The notes under the pieces: generated by a model
What the model was told of the DNA's origin: nothing
Database searches by the model: none
The model's input: only the letters and a program-made list of their open reading frames with translations
Program-made: the position numbers and the translations under genes
In this document: positions 1 through 12,693 of the stretch, piece after piece
How the letters are laid out: every line of letters begins with the position of its first letter
Numbering within the stretch: the first letter of the stretch is position 1
Assembly: GCA_030295235.1 (NCBI GenBank)
Contig: AP026152.1
Location: 496,001 to 560,000, forward strand
Length of the DNA stretch: 64,000 nucleotides
Source: Fistulifera solaris
Taxonomy: Eukaryota
Direction: 5' to 3'

Positions 1-1675
1 CAGTGTATCGGGGGACCTTCCACACTGACTATTCAAGTTTATCTTTCCAAAAATAGCAGAAAACCGATCTAAGATGAGAGCAGTTTCCTTTGGATTTTCG
101 GTAAATATAGAAACTTGCTGTGCATAAGGACCCTCTTTACCAAACTTGAGGACCTGTTCAAGACTATCGTACGGAGCGATAGGGACTAGTGGACCGAATT
201 GTTCCTCCTAAATTGTTCGTTGATTAGACCACTGATAATTGTGAAGCAATGTACAAGAAACAAAGATACTTACATGGAAGATTTCCATATTCTCACTGAT
301 GGACAAAAATAATTAGGTACTCGGAGTATACGAAAACAAATGAGCACTGTCCAGAAAAAAGAAAAAGACTTACCTGACGGGATAAAGAACAGCGGGGATC
401 ATTAATGTACTGTCGTTACCACCAATGATTTTACCACCATTTTCATTCATTACTCGCGCTCCCTTGCTCACTGCGTCTGTTAACAACGAATTCATATATT
501 GGATACGTCCTTCATTGGGAAGTGGGGTGATGTTCGAGGGGGAGGGGTTGAGCTGTGTCTTCCGCATGATTCTGCCAAGGAAGACCGACGCGTAGCGCTT
601 CTACTTTCTTCGTCAAAAGCAATGCAAAGTCTTCCGCACTTGCACGAGGCACAAAAATTAATTTCAAAGCAGTGCACCTTTGTCCATTAAAGGAAAGGCT
701 TCCCAATACGATTTCGTTCAATGCATTGTCCAGAAGCGCTTCCTTCCCACTCTCAAAGATATCCGGAAGAACGATACCCATATTATTAGCTTCCAGCTGT
801 AAAAAGACTTTAAGACGATGGGGATGTGGATGACTATGAATCAATTGATCGGCAGCCTTAGAGCCCCCGATAAATGCCAGGCCATCAATGAGGCCCGATT
901 CCATGAGGGGAGGCATGGTTTTGCGACCCGAACCCGATAGGAAATTGACAGTACCCGGCGGTAACACCTTATTGAAAGCTTCCATGGTGAGCAAATGAGC
1001 AAGGCCTCCCACAGCGGGGATCTTCATGAGAATAATGTTGCCTGTGAGCAGCGCCGGAATCATGGCGGCATAACTCTCGTTGATGGGATAATTGTAAGGC
1101 GCCAAGCACATAATGATCCCAATGGCAGCTCGACGAATGATCGCCCGAGTCGAGCCGATCGATTGCCATACTCCTTTGTACTCATCGTCGCTTTTGATGG
1201 TTTGAATGACCCGTTTGGCGAAATCAACGGTGCGATCAAATTCGGCTTCGGCATCCTTCCGATTCTTTCCAATCTCCCACATGAGCGTCGTAACAATTTC
1301 CTCTCGAACTTTCGCCAACTCTTCAAATACTGCTTCAATCGCACGGCATCGTTCCGCTAAACTCATCTGAGGCCACACGCCCATGCCTCCATCCCAAGCT
1401 TGGACGGCGACTTGCAGAACTTGTAAAGCATCCTGCGATGTGAATTGTGGCATTTTCCCTATAACTACTTTCTTGAATGGCTTGGAGCCATCTTCCAGAC
1501 AAGTGTCGGCATCCTCATCAATTTGACAGCACGCGACAACGTCTTGCCAAGGTCGTTCGGCCGTTTCTTCGAACGAGGTGGAGACCGGCGACCAAATTTG
1601 AGGAGTGACGTTCGGAGCGTCGGCAGCGCAGCTGACGCTGACGATCAATAGCGCAGCGGCAAATGTAAGCTTCAT
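1..1675 (-). CDS. Aldehyde dehydrogenase, non-phosphorylating NADP-GAPDH (GapN)-like; 3' end runs off window
   Basis: Motifs APYNYPINE, FIGGS, FNGQRCTA, EEQFGP. Frameshift near 540 (G run). Introns 296-373 and 208-273 restore ...LYPVSENMEIFHEEQFGP. N-terminal signal peptide. Confidence 0.85.
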
Positions 1676-2143
1676 TTCTCTGTGAGGAGCTTCTAAAGTG
1701 GATTGAAGTTATAAAGAGGGTGTATTATTGAATACCTATGGCAATGTCACCTGGCGAACGTGAAAGAATGTGAATGTTGTTGATGTGAAACAAAAGCAAC
1801 ACGTCACCATAACTTAGTGAACACGTTCAGTACATATCACTGTCGCATCGTAAGCAGTTAGTTAATCAACAAACATCAAAAGCCTTGACTATAGTTCAAG
1901 GTGTATATTACTTTTCTCATGACTAACTTCCAGTCGCGAGCTGGGTTACATTTGCTCTCCTTTTCTTCATAGTTTCTCCGCTAACATTTAATGAGGAGCG
2001 CAAGCACAAAAACAAATGACCCAACAAATTACCGTACGTTTGAATATAAACTACAAAAATATCTTACAAGCTTCAAATTAATGTCAAATTCCGGCCTTTC
2101 ACACAAATAATGCCAGACCATTTTACTGCTTGGCCCCGCAAGC

Positions 2144-3430
2144 CTATAAAAACCGAACATTCCCCGACTCATCAAAAGTCGCACTTGGCTTCAAAAGCCA
2201 GCTCTCTTCCGAAACTACTTGCACAAGATTTGGATCTTCCATTCGGTGACGCAACCGATCGGCTGCGGCCATTCCATCCACATCCAGGATGGTCAAGTAA
2301 GTATCTTCAAACGCTATTTTGGCGACCGCTCTGCAAGATAGCCGACACAACGTGTCAGAACACCAGCGACCCTTGCCATAAACTTAGCATATTACTTACA
2401 AGTTGTTGAAATCATTCGCGTCGTCTCCAAAGGGATCATCCAATTCGATGGCGACTAACTCCAATCCCACAAATCCGTACGTCAAAACAAAGGCTTGACA
2501 GCAGTGCGCTATCACGGAAGAGCTGTCCCCAATCAACACAAAGGGAACCGTAAAAACATAGAAAAACAGGAACATCCGTGCCATTTGCACCAGCGGAAAG
2601 GGCACTGGTGTCATCAAAAATCCTTGTATGCCATAATAACCTCCCATAAACACATCGACACTTTGCAATAATTTATTCTCTTGATTCACTTGTAAATATG
2701 CCGGATCCGCCAGTCGCAACAGATTCGAATGAATGGTTTTACGCAATAAGTACGCCACCCGCACGGGAACTCGCATGGAAACTTCCCACTCGGACCGTTC
2801 CGCATGCGCCCACCGAGCCCCTTGCGTCATGGCCTGCACAATTTCGTCCCGCTCGATGCCATTCAATTCGGGCACTTGCCACGCCGGACACTGTGTCGTG
2901 GGATAATTGATGACCGCCATGGCCGTCCGCAGCAAAAGCAAAGAACGATACGCCACTTCGTGACGCCACGCGACGGCACTCTCGTCGATGGCCGCAATGG
3001 AAAAGACGGTCGCCGTCTGCACCAATTCTCGTGTTTCGCGGTACATGACCCCCAAATAATTGCGTGCCTCATTGTACCGTCCCAAGGCAATGTTGACCCG
3101 CGACACTAACAAAAACGCCACCACAATCGAAAGGAAGGAATGTCCTTGATTGCTGATTTCGAGGAAATGTTTCGCATTTACGAGGCTTCGATCGAAACAT
3201 GTCAAGAGAAGCGTCAGTAAAACATTGAAGATGCAATACGGTAAGACCTGAGGACGTTATGCGATCATGAGAGTCAGGAAAGTCGTCGTTTAGCAAAAGA
3301 CGAACCTCCACAAACGCACCTTCAACCAAATACTGCCGTGCAATTGACTCAACACACTCCAGTGAGATTTGGAGTCATACGATACGGTATACGCGGCAAG
3401 TGATGGTTTATGCTTGCTTGAACTCGTCAT
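2144..3430 (-). CDS. Bestrophin-like (UPF0187/RFP-TM) anion channel
   Basis: RYNEAR, TPVPFPLVQ and GLELVAIELDDPFGDDANDF motifs. Introns ~3248-3319 and 2331-2399 join three ORF pieces in frame. Confidence 0.85.
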
Positions 3431-3514
3431 TGATATATTTGTTTGTGTTGCGTTTTGGTATGAAAATGAAGTTACTGGAGTATTATTTGCGTTTTGCGAC
3501 AATGACAACAAATA

Positions 3515-3838
3515 TTTTTTCGATCGGACCGAAATTCTGTGAACGACAAAATGTTTTGGATCATTACGAAAAGACAGTGAGCGTTCCAGAAATTCTGGAA
3601 AAATAATTTCTGGTCAAACAGAAATTCTGCGATGGTCCAGAAATTCTGGACCAGTTTTTCTCGATCCAACCGAAATGCTGTGCACGTTCCAGAAACGCTG
3701 CAAACGGTGTTTTGGATCATACAGAAACGTGAGCACGTTCCAGAAATTCTGGAAAATGTGTTTTGGTTATCCAACGAGAGAAAGTGCACGTTCCAGAAAT
3801 TTCAGGTCATACAGAAATTCTGCGATGGTCCAGAAATG
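3515..3838. repeat. Diverged short copy (~1.5 monomers) of the palindromic satellite at 17917-21290
   Basis: TCCAGAAATTCTGGA or variants at 3585, 3636, 3688, 3739, 3792 and 3829 (mostly 51-53 bp apart), interleaved with TTTTGGATCA..CGAAA boxes in the same subunit order as the large array. Confidence 0.92.
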
Positions 3839-3950
3839 ATCCTTATATACCAGGTACCGATAAAAACTGATGTGCACATATGCACGCATTCATTTCTTTT
3901 CATAGACTAAGAAAAGACTTAATCAAACAATATATTAATACACATTTTAT

Positions 3951-6587
3951 ATGACATCACATCCTCGAAAACAGATCCTTTTACTCCATGGCAATCGACA
4001 AACGGGGCAATTATTACTGGGGCGTATGGATCGATTCCGTCGGCGCCTCGCAAAGGAAGGTTTTGATTTGATCGCCCCCGATGCACCCTTCCCTCATCCC
4101 GAACAGGAACTCTTACGAATGTGGTGGGATCGTCAGAATGATTCGTATGAGGGGATTCATCAATCGATACAGTTACTGCAAGAAATATGGCTCGGACAAC
4201 AATTTGTCGGAATGATTGGATTTTCACAAGGAGCTCGTTTCGTCGAACTTTTGTTGCGATGGCATTTTCAAAATCCCGAGACGTCCGGCTTTTCGGGTCT
4301 CCAATTCGGAATCATGATTGCCGGATATGACGCACCTCTTCCGACCAACTGGTGTCTTTCGACAAATCACCAGCAGCTAGTGCAAATACCCACACTCCAT
4401 GTGATGGGATTACAGGATGAGCTCGTACCTCCCGAGAAAAGTCGAAAGGCGGCTACGTACTTTCACAATCCACAATTTCTGGAGCACGAAGGAGGTCATC
4501 ATGTACCGGTGCAAAGTCCGCGAGTCACAGCCTATGTGGAATTCATTCAAAACGCACTGCAACAATCAACGACACCCGAAGAAACCATTTCTACTCTCAT
4601 GCCCGACCCAGAAATAGCCGAATTGCAACGGGATGAGCTAGAAGCACTGCAAGCAATATTTCCAGAAGAATTTACTTTGCCAGACGGACTACCGCAATAT
4701 CCTATTACATTTCAAATAGCATTACCACAAACGGAGGAAGGATGGTGGCCTCCACATCCCGTTGCACTCGAGTTTACGTTTCCTCCTCAATATCCAACAG
4801 AAAGCATGCCCATCATTAATCTCCTTCACAACAACAATGTCATGGAATTTTCATCATTACAGAAAGAGCGATGTATGCAGGCAATGCATCATGCTTGTCA
4901 GCTCGAAGAAGGGATGCCTAGTGTCATGTCGTGTGTATATGCGGTCAAGGAATTGTTCGAATCGGGTGAGCTCGCGACGGCTACACATCCAGGTGCAATC
5001 GGCGAAACAGCCAGCGATCATCAAAATGACGAAACGCATGTAGAAGGGAATACAGAGAACGTCTTTCTTAGCACATGCTCCGCAGAACGGATACAGGCTT
5101 GCATCGACGAAGGATTAGAAATAGCCGAGAAAGTATTGCAAAAAGCAGCGAATGACATCGATAATATCATGGACAAAAAGGAGGACACTATCGATTGACG
5201 CTGGGACTCGTCGGGAAACCTTCGGCCGGAAAATCGACGTTCTTCAATGCCGCCACGGGATTTGCACGACAGCGTGGTGACAACGAAAGCTCCTTGGGAG
5301 GCGCCACGATGGCATCGCATCCATTTACGACCATTGACGCCAATATTGGGTACTGTCTCGTCCCGGCTCCAGCAGGAAGCTGTCCGGAAGAAGATTACAC
5401 TGGTGACCAAATCATTGGGTGCACACACGGCCGTGACAGTCAAGGCCGCCGACTGATCCCGGTTCTGCTGAAAGATGTAGCAGGTTTAGTGCCAGGGGCC
5501 TACAAGGGACGTGGTCGTGGTAACAAGTTTTTGAATGATTTGACGGATGCACACGTTCTCATTCACATTTTAGATGCCAGTGGTACATCCGATGAAGGAG
5601 GAAACGCGCTGGGAGAAGACTTCGACACCGGCTCCAATGGGGCTTCACATCCGCTTCATGATCTCGAATTTATCAGAAAAGAGTTAATTGAATGGGTTTA
5701 TTCGAATGTGATACAAAAGTGGGAGTCGATTCGGAGGAAAGGAAAAACGAAACTTTCGGATATGTTCAGCGGATACGGGCAGACAGAAGGCGTGACGGCG
5801 GCAGTCATTGGAGAGGTGGAGTCGTTCATGACTGCGTCGATTGGACAAGCTTATTCTTTCGACGATTTGAGCAAGTGGGATAGCGGTGATTTGCACCGTT
5901 TAGTGTCGGCATTTTTAGGTGTTCGATTCCCAGTTGTCTTGGCCTTGAATAAGATGGACCTTCCCTCAAGCAAAGAGAAGATTCGGGAGGTTCAGGAAGC
6001 TCTTCCAATTCATGGAGCACACATTGGAGTTCCCTTATCGGCAAATCAGGAAATGATTTTCGTGAAATCAACTATCGAAAGAGTTTTAGTGCGCGACTCG
6101 CGTCCAGCTACGCTACTTGAAGCAAACTCTCCCCCCTCTCGGAGTGTGGCAATGTCTAAATGAAGCAGTATTCTTGACAAACCCAATGCTTGTTTTTCCC
6201 GTCTCTGACTTTTCAACACTTTCGCCTTTGCCTGGCTTGAGAAAAATTGCTATAGAAAATTCCTCGCTACCGAGCTCTGGAATGATTAGCTGCTTGGTGA
6301 CAGCTGGTGGGAAGGCTCCGACACATTGGAATGCAGAAGATCAATTGTATCGTCCAGCAGCGTCCGGAATCTCGCTTCGTGACGTGATTGTTATGAAGCC
6401 CGGTTCGACTGTCGAAGATTTATTTTTTGTTTTGAAGCGATTAGGCGCCTTTGGAGGAGAGTTTGTGAGGGCGGAAGGAATATACGCAATAGGAGATTCT
6501 CCCAAGCAAGTTCCAAAGGGAAGAATGCTGGCTAAAGATATCCGCATCATTAAAATCATGACCAATAAAAAGGCATCTTGGCAATGA
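3951..6587 (+). CDS. Probable fusion: FSH1 serine hydrolase + RWD domain + Obg-family (Ygr210-like) GTPase
   Basis: LLHG, GFSQG, D, GGHH (FSH1); ELEALQAIF..FPPQYP (RWD); GKPSAGKST, HPFTT, DVAGLVPGA..GRGRGNKFL, NKMD (GTPase). Three overlapping ORFs joined by frameshifts at ~5175 (A run) and ~6130 (C run). Confidence 0.75.
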
Positions 6588-7028
6588 ACAGATGGTTGTC
6601 AAAAGGTTCGTTGTGGTTTCTGGAGTGGTATTGATAAGCGATAAGATATTTAATCAGTTCCGATGGCATCATTTGATACAAGCAATCGGGTGTTGGTTCA
6701 CTGTTGTCCCGGTTGGGATTCAGTAAGTCAAAACTAATCTTTTCCGGGAGTAAATGAAGTTAGCGTCCGTCTGAGTCACGAGTTCTCGTTGTTGAATGTG
6801 ACAATAACTCAAAAAGTAGTCTCCATAGTTGACGTCAGCTTTTTCTGACCTCGACGGAGTGCATTTCGTCACGTTTTCTCATAAAAATGCCGTTGCAGCA
6901 GTTCTGCAAAAGAGGGAAAAGAACCAAAAGATACCATTCATTACTTTTGTCTGTTTCGTCTTGTGTTGCTGATAAAGTCACCTTATCAATAACTCTCACC
7001 AAACAGCCTTCATTTATCGGATAAAAGG

Positions 7029-7847
7029 ATGACCATAAAACGAAAGCAGTGCAAGGCCTTTTTGTTTCTTTTCCTTTGCGTATGTTCCTTGCAAGGAAGC
7101 GACGCTTTTCGAGTCGGCAGCTCAGTGCTTTCTACTCCTCGTCCGGATCCAAAAAACCCAATTTTCATTGCAAGGACGCGTGGTAGGCAAGTCACCGAGC
7201 GAAGCATGCTGAGCGAGGCGTTCTTAACTGTCGAAAATTTCTACATTACTTCGCCTTATGTTGCTGCCGCCATAACTTGCGGTGTAAAAGCGTCCGCAGC
7301 CGACTTTGTTGCCCAGAAGAGACAGATTCGCAAGAGAGAAGAAGTCACCGGAAGCGTCAAGAGTACCTTTCAGAGCGCGAGAAATGTTGCCTTTCTGATT
7401 TATGGGGCCTTGTATCAAGGCATGGCTCAAGAGTTCATCTACAATGATCTCTATCCTATGTGGTTTGGGACTTCGTCGATGCCCCTAACAGTTCTAAAAA
7501 AGACGGTCTTCGACGTTTTTGTACAGACACCGTTGCTCACGCTACCCATTGCTTATTTCTTCAAAGCAATTGTATTCCAACATTCTCCCAGAGAAGCAAT
7601 CCGAAGGTATGTGGAAGACGTCACGAAAAAGGGCCTTTTACAGAAGTACGTCCTACTGTGGGCTCCCGTCCAATGCTTGACTTTTAGCGTGATTCCTCCC
7701 CATCTACGTATATCCTTCATCGCCTTTGTATCATTCTTTTGGCTGATCATCTTCTCATCGGTATCTGGAAAGCGACAAGAAATCAAGACCAGGGACAGCG
7801 ATACATGCGATCTCGTAGACGGAACGACGTGCAACATTGACGGTTAA
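7029..7847 (+). CDS. Mpv17/PMP22 family membrane protein, probably plastid-targeted
   Basis: AADFVAQ, WAPVQCLTFSVIPPHLRISFIAFVSFFW. Signal peptide ending SDA-F. Confidence 0.85.
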   Translation: MTIKRKQCKAFLFLFLCVCSLQGSDAFRVGSSVLSTPRPDPKNPIFIARTRGRQVTERSMLSEAFLTVENFYITSPYVAAAITCGVKASAADFVAQKRQIRKREEVTGSVKSTFQSARNVAFLIYGALYQGMAQEFIYNDLYPMWFGTSSMPLTVLKKTVFDVFVQTPLLTLPIAYFFKAIVFQHSPREAIRRYVEDVTKKGLLQKYVLLWAPVQCLTFSVIPPHLRISFIAFVSFFWLIIFSSVSGKRQEIKTRDSDTCDLVDGTTCNIDG

Positions 7848-8327
7848 GATGAGTAAAATTACGGTTTCCCACACACAAAGAATCTTGCATTACTGGTAGC
7901 TCAAACCGGAGGCGTTCGTTCCTTGTCTCGCAACAAATTTACCAATGAAGTGGACGTGCTAATTAAAATTTTACTGGAGCCTAGGCCTAAAAGATTCATT
8001 CCCAGCTTTCTCCAGACCGCTTATCGATCCCCAAATAATTTGAAAAATCGTTGCCTCGCAACACGTTTTCCGTTCATCCACTCTAGTATTGTAGTTGTTG
8101 AAGTGTAACATAGCGGAAATTTACCTCTGCTACGACTCAGGTAGATTTCAGTCCCGAACTCGTGATTGTCACCAAATTAGATTTTTGTCGATCTCATTAT
8201 ATCTGGTCGTTAGCTCGACAGTGACGACGACAATACTTAATTTCCAGTTTAACAGAAGCCGTAGTTTGTAAAAGCGGTGGTTCAAAGCGACAAGAAAGGT
8301 TGTGAATGTTGGCTTCTCCATCTTGAA

Positions 8328-9420
8328 ATGCAAAGCCTTTCCGCCGTCAATATCCTCCTGCTTCTGAATCTTGGCCCCATCAGCGCATTCTTTCCAGCAT
8401 CTTCCCCCGGTTTCATTCCGAAAAGAACCACGCATCTGCTTGTCAAACCTCCTCGATTGCCGGACAATGTCGATGGCGTTCTGTACGTCAACGACCAGTG
8501 TATCAACTGCGCCGCCTGTAGTCAGTTTGCACCACACAGTTTTGCACGAAGCCGAAACTTTCATGTTGTTTCCAAACAACCACAATCTGCACTGGAAATC
8601 CAACAAGCTCGACAAGCGTTACTGGCGTGTCCCGTGGCGGCGATCCGTGTCGAAACCAAAGGAGAACGGCAAAAGCGAAGCAACGATCCAGAATGGAAAG
8701 AGAGGGATCAAGAGCTCGTGAACCAATTGAGCGGAAAAAACGAGGAGGGGCTGGCGTTTCCGAGGCCTTTTCCGAACACCCGATCACGTTTGGGTCATGG
8801 TGGATACACCCAAATACGGTTCCAGTGCCATTCAAGCGGTGACTTCGTTGACCGGACCCCATGGACCCGATTACATGGTTTTGACGCACGTGGATGATAC
8901 GGCCGATCACCAAAAATGGGCCGATCGCTTCGCACCGCATCTGCAACGAATCTTTCATTCCGGCGATTTGGGTCCGCACAACTGGTTGGGTGATACGACA
9001 CTGGAGGATGTGGAAATTCTCTTGGAAGATGCTTCATCCTTGGACGAATTGACCGTATTTTCGCTGAACGGAACAAAACGGCACGTGCTAGACTGGGCAA
9101 CACTAACGGAGCCTGTTATTATTCACACCCCAGGACATTCACCCGGTAGTATTTCTCTGTTCCACAACGCCGGAGCGAGTTGCAAGATATTGTTCTCGGG
9201 CGATACGTATGCCTTTTCTACCCGCACAAATACAATGACAGGGTTCCCACGCTATGGGCATGATCGAACGTTGCAAGCCAAAACGCTCGAGAAATTACTG
9301 GATGTCAACTTCACCGTCGTAGCCCTGGGCCATGGTCACCCACGGGATTATCGCGGGATGGATCTTCAACGGCGCAACGAAGAGTTATTGCCAGCATTAA
9401 AAGAACTCCGAAACGGGTAG
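8328..9420 (+). CDS. Ferredoxin + metallo-beta-lactamase-fold protein, probably plastid-targeted
   Basis: CINCAAC...ACP Fe-S motif, then THVDD, HTPGHSPG, FSGD, GHG. Presequence ISA-FFP. Frameshift ~8770-8795. Confidence 0.8.
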
Positions 9421-9960
9421 TGTGCGGTGTCTGTGAATAACAAACAGGCGTTCACTCCGTAGACTTGTAAAAATTCTGCAGAATACTCATGGAGGATATG
9501 GACGAACTAGGTTCTGTTAGAGGACCTCTTGGAGTGAGTGGCATCAATGGCTCTAGCTAAATCGTGGAACCAGTTTTTTTGTGGCGCGCTCTTTTTTTCC
9601 CGCAGAAGAAAATGCGGGGCAAAAGAAGCAAATGTTGCTTTCCGTTGTAGTTTTGAATCTGTCCGTTGATTTCTACGTCTTGATATTGCAATATAGTTCT
9701 TTTGTCCGTTGGTATAAGCTGATCTCTATCTATGCAAAGTACTGTATGTAAGTCGTTTGAATGATCCACTCGTTCCATTGGCGCGCACCGTTATAATTCC
9801 TCTCTTTGTTTTGCGTGGCGCGAGAGACCAATGTTTGCAACTGCACACAAAAAGAGTGCAAAACAACCACCATAAACTTATTGTCAAAAAGGAATGACAT
9901 TTTCGTCTGTTCAATTACAATTTACTTGATTGGTATTATCGAGAAAGGCAATAAATAAAA

Positions 9961-12587
9961 ATGCTGCGGAAGTTTAGTCTGTTGACTTGTTTAACTGCAT
10001 TCGCAACACTCTTCGAGCAAAGCAATGCTGAACCTTGTGTGAATCCAGCGTACGAGGATATTTACACTTGCACCGACCCGGAAGTGATGCTCGCGGATCT
10101 GACGATTCAATGTGATCCGGCGACGTGTTTATGGAATTTGAACGCTTTCAATCCGGGGCAACCGCCCGAGCCGTGTGCGGCGATCTTACTTCTCGAACAG
10201 CAAATCGCCGATCTTCCGGATTTGCTCGAACCCTGTTTGTGGTGGGAAATGTTGTATGGAGATCTCGGCTATCTTTTGCCTCAGCCGGCAGTCGTCGTCC
10301 CCAGTCCCAATCCGTCGCCTTTGGGCGATCTATCGATGGCGCCTACCTTGGTCGGTGAGTCCCTTTCTTGCGACTGTAATTATGAAAGTTACAAACTTCT
10401 TCTTCTGTCTCACCTCGTACGTTGTTTTTGTGTCAAAGAATCTGATACACCTTCTGTCGACTATACGGTGGGTCCGTCGTATTCTTTACTGGATACTTAT
10501 CCGCCTTCATCCATCGCCGTCGACAAAGATGTGACGCCGAGTCCGAGTCGCGTCGGGAAACTTTCGATTCCGTTGCAAAGCATGCTGTTGACCTTTGTGT
10601 TTGAACGTTATAGTGGCTTTCGACTGCGCCGTCGTCTGAACGAAAACAGCTTACTTGCCACGGACGAGTCACGGGACGCACTGATGAAAGTCACCCGCGA
10701 GCACTTGATGGCCAATATTCCCCAAGTCGTGGACGCGGATTTGACCATGAGTCGGGTCGATTCGTCCGATGAAAACATGGAGACTTTGCTGTTGATGGGC
10801 ACATTGTACTTTGCCGCCGAAGCCGCCGCGGAAGATCGATTGCCCGATCTCAGTCCCACCAGTGTGCGGCGACAAGTGGAAGACGTCTTTGACGACAATG
10901 ATTCCGTTCTGCGGTTCATTCACGCACTGCGAGAAACCGATCAAGCCGCGTTCCAAGACATTGTCTTGGTGTATCCCGGTATTGTCTCGCCGGATTCTGA
11001 TCTTCAAAGTACATCCAACGACGAGGAAGAAAGTTTCTGGGAATCGTTCTTCTTCAACTGGCAGAACCCCGTGTGGATTGTTGTAGCGGCCGGTATTTCC
11101 GCCGCTCTCTTGGGATTGTGTGCCGTGCTCGGCGTCACCTGCTACGTTCGTGCGGAGCGACGCAAGGAACTCGCCCATCACCAGCTGGCCACTCGAAAGT
11201 CGGACGACACGTCCAAGACCGCCGGAGACAGAAACCTATACAATGTGGAAGAGAGCTTGCACGAGGACGACATTAGTATGAATGGTCAGAGCGAAATTGG
11301 ATATCAAGAAAGTGAAGTTACTTCCGTTTACTCGTACCTTGACAACAACAATACCATGCTGGACGATCAATCGTTCTCTGTGGCACCGTCCTATACGTTC
11401 CCTGGACCGGAATACGATGATAACCGATCCGTTATGTGGAGTGTCATTCATGACGCCAAGAAGAATGATATTTTAGACGATTTGGACAGTATCGCTGGCG
11501 TATCACTTGCGACGAGACAGACCACTGCAGGAAATCGTTCGGTGGTCCGCGAGCGCCAGTTAAGCGTTGATAGCGACGACGATGTTTTCTCACTCTTGAG
11601 TCAGAACGGCGGCCCCTCCCCGTCTGAAACGAAACGAAAAAGTGCAACACCAACATTACAAGATAATCCTGCCAGCTCCGAGAAAGCCGCCGCACATGGT
11701 GCGGCAAGTAAAACGAGCCCCGAATCTATTTCGGGTGCTTCGCAAGCTTCACGGGAGTCACTAAGCAAGCTTTCCAAATTGGTGACTGGATTCCGATCCA
11801 AAAATAGCAGCAGCACCAAAGTGTCGCCCAAGAACTATCAGCAGCTGGATGATTCGGATGGCTCCCACCACAGCTGGGACAAGGAGCTGGGCATTCAGCC
11901 CTCACCGGACGATCTCGATGAAGACAGTGTGTTTATGGATGATTCGGAAGAAGATGAAACGGTCGCGTCGCATCTTGCTCCTCTTTCATCCATTCAAAGA
12001 ATCTCATCCGGAGGAGTGAATGACGACAGCGACGCATCTTCAGACGAAAACGCCGATGCCCCAAATGATGACAATAATTCAGTTGGCTCAAGTGCTTCCC
12101 ATGGACAAGAGGTTGAACCGGCTCAATTTGTTGTTCCTAACAGTGATACAATCGACACAGGATACCTAGCAACGTACAGCGAAGACACAACTCATTCTGA
12201 CGGAAAAAGAGTACATCATCCGAAAAAGAGAACATCAGCTCGGAAACAGCTCTTGATGGAGATTTGAATAATGTTGAAAACACTTCTGATGAAGCACAGA
12301 ATGGCACGGAGACGAATAGCGACAATCCTGAACAAGAACGGCCCGACGAGTTAAGTGCGCCGCCCCTGACTGAGAAGATCGAGTGCTCGGATAACATACA
12401 AATTTCGGATTCCGATACGGGCAATTCCAGTACAGAGTTAGCCGAAAAAGAGAAGATCGACCTTGACCAGTTACCGAAAGAGCATTCGCCGGAGGAAGAG
12501 GCACCGGTCGTCCTTAATGACACTAAGCCTCCTGACCTCGTAGTTGAAGACGACGTACCTGCGATATACACACTGGCATCGTTTTGA
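9961..12587 (+). CDS. Type I membrane protein: signal peptide, Cys-rich N-terminus, RxL motif, single TM, long acidic/Ser-rich tail
   Basis: 768-aa ORF plus overlapping acidic ORF 12264-12587 (probable frameshift ~12200-12230). Probable in-frame intron near 10355-10438 (GTGAGT donor). Confidence 0.65.
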
Positions 12588-12693
12588 AATAATAGAAGCG
12601 TTCATCAGTTTTATTTATAAACTGACTCGCTCATTATAAATCGTTTTAAATACATATTCCTACAAATAGTTACGAATGGCTGCTGCGATTTTG

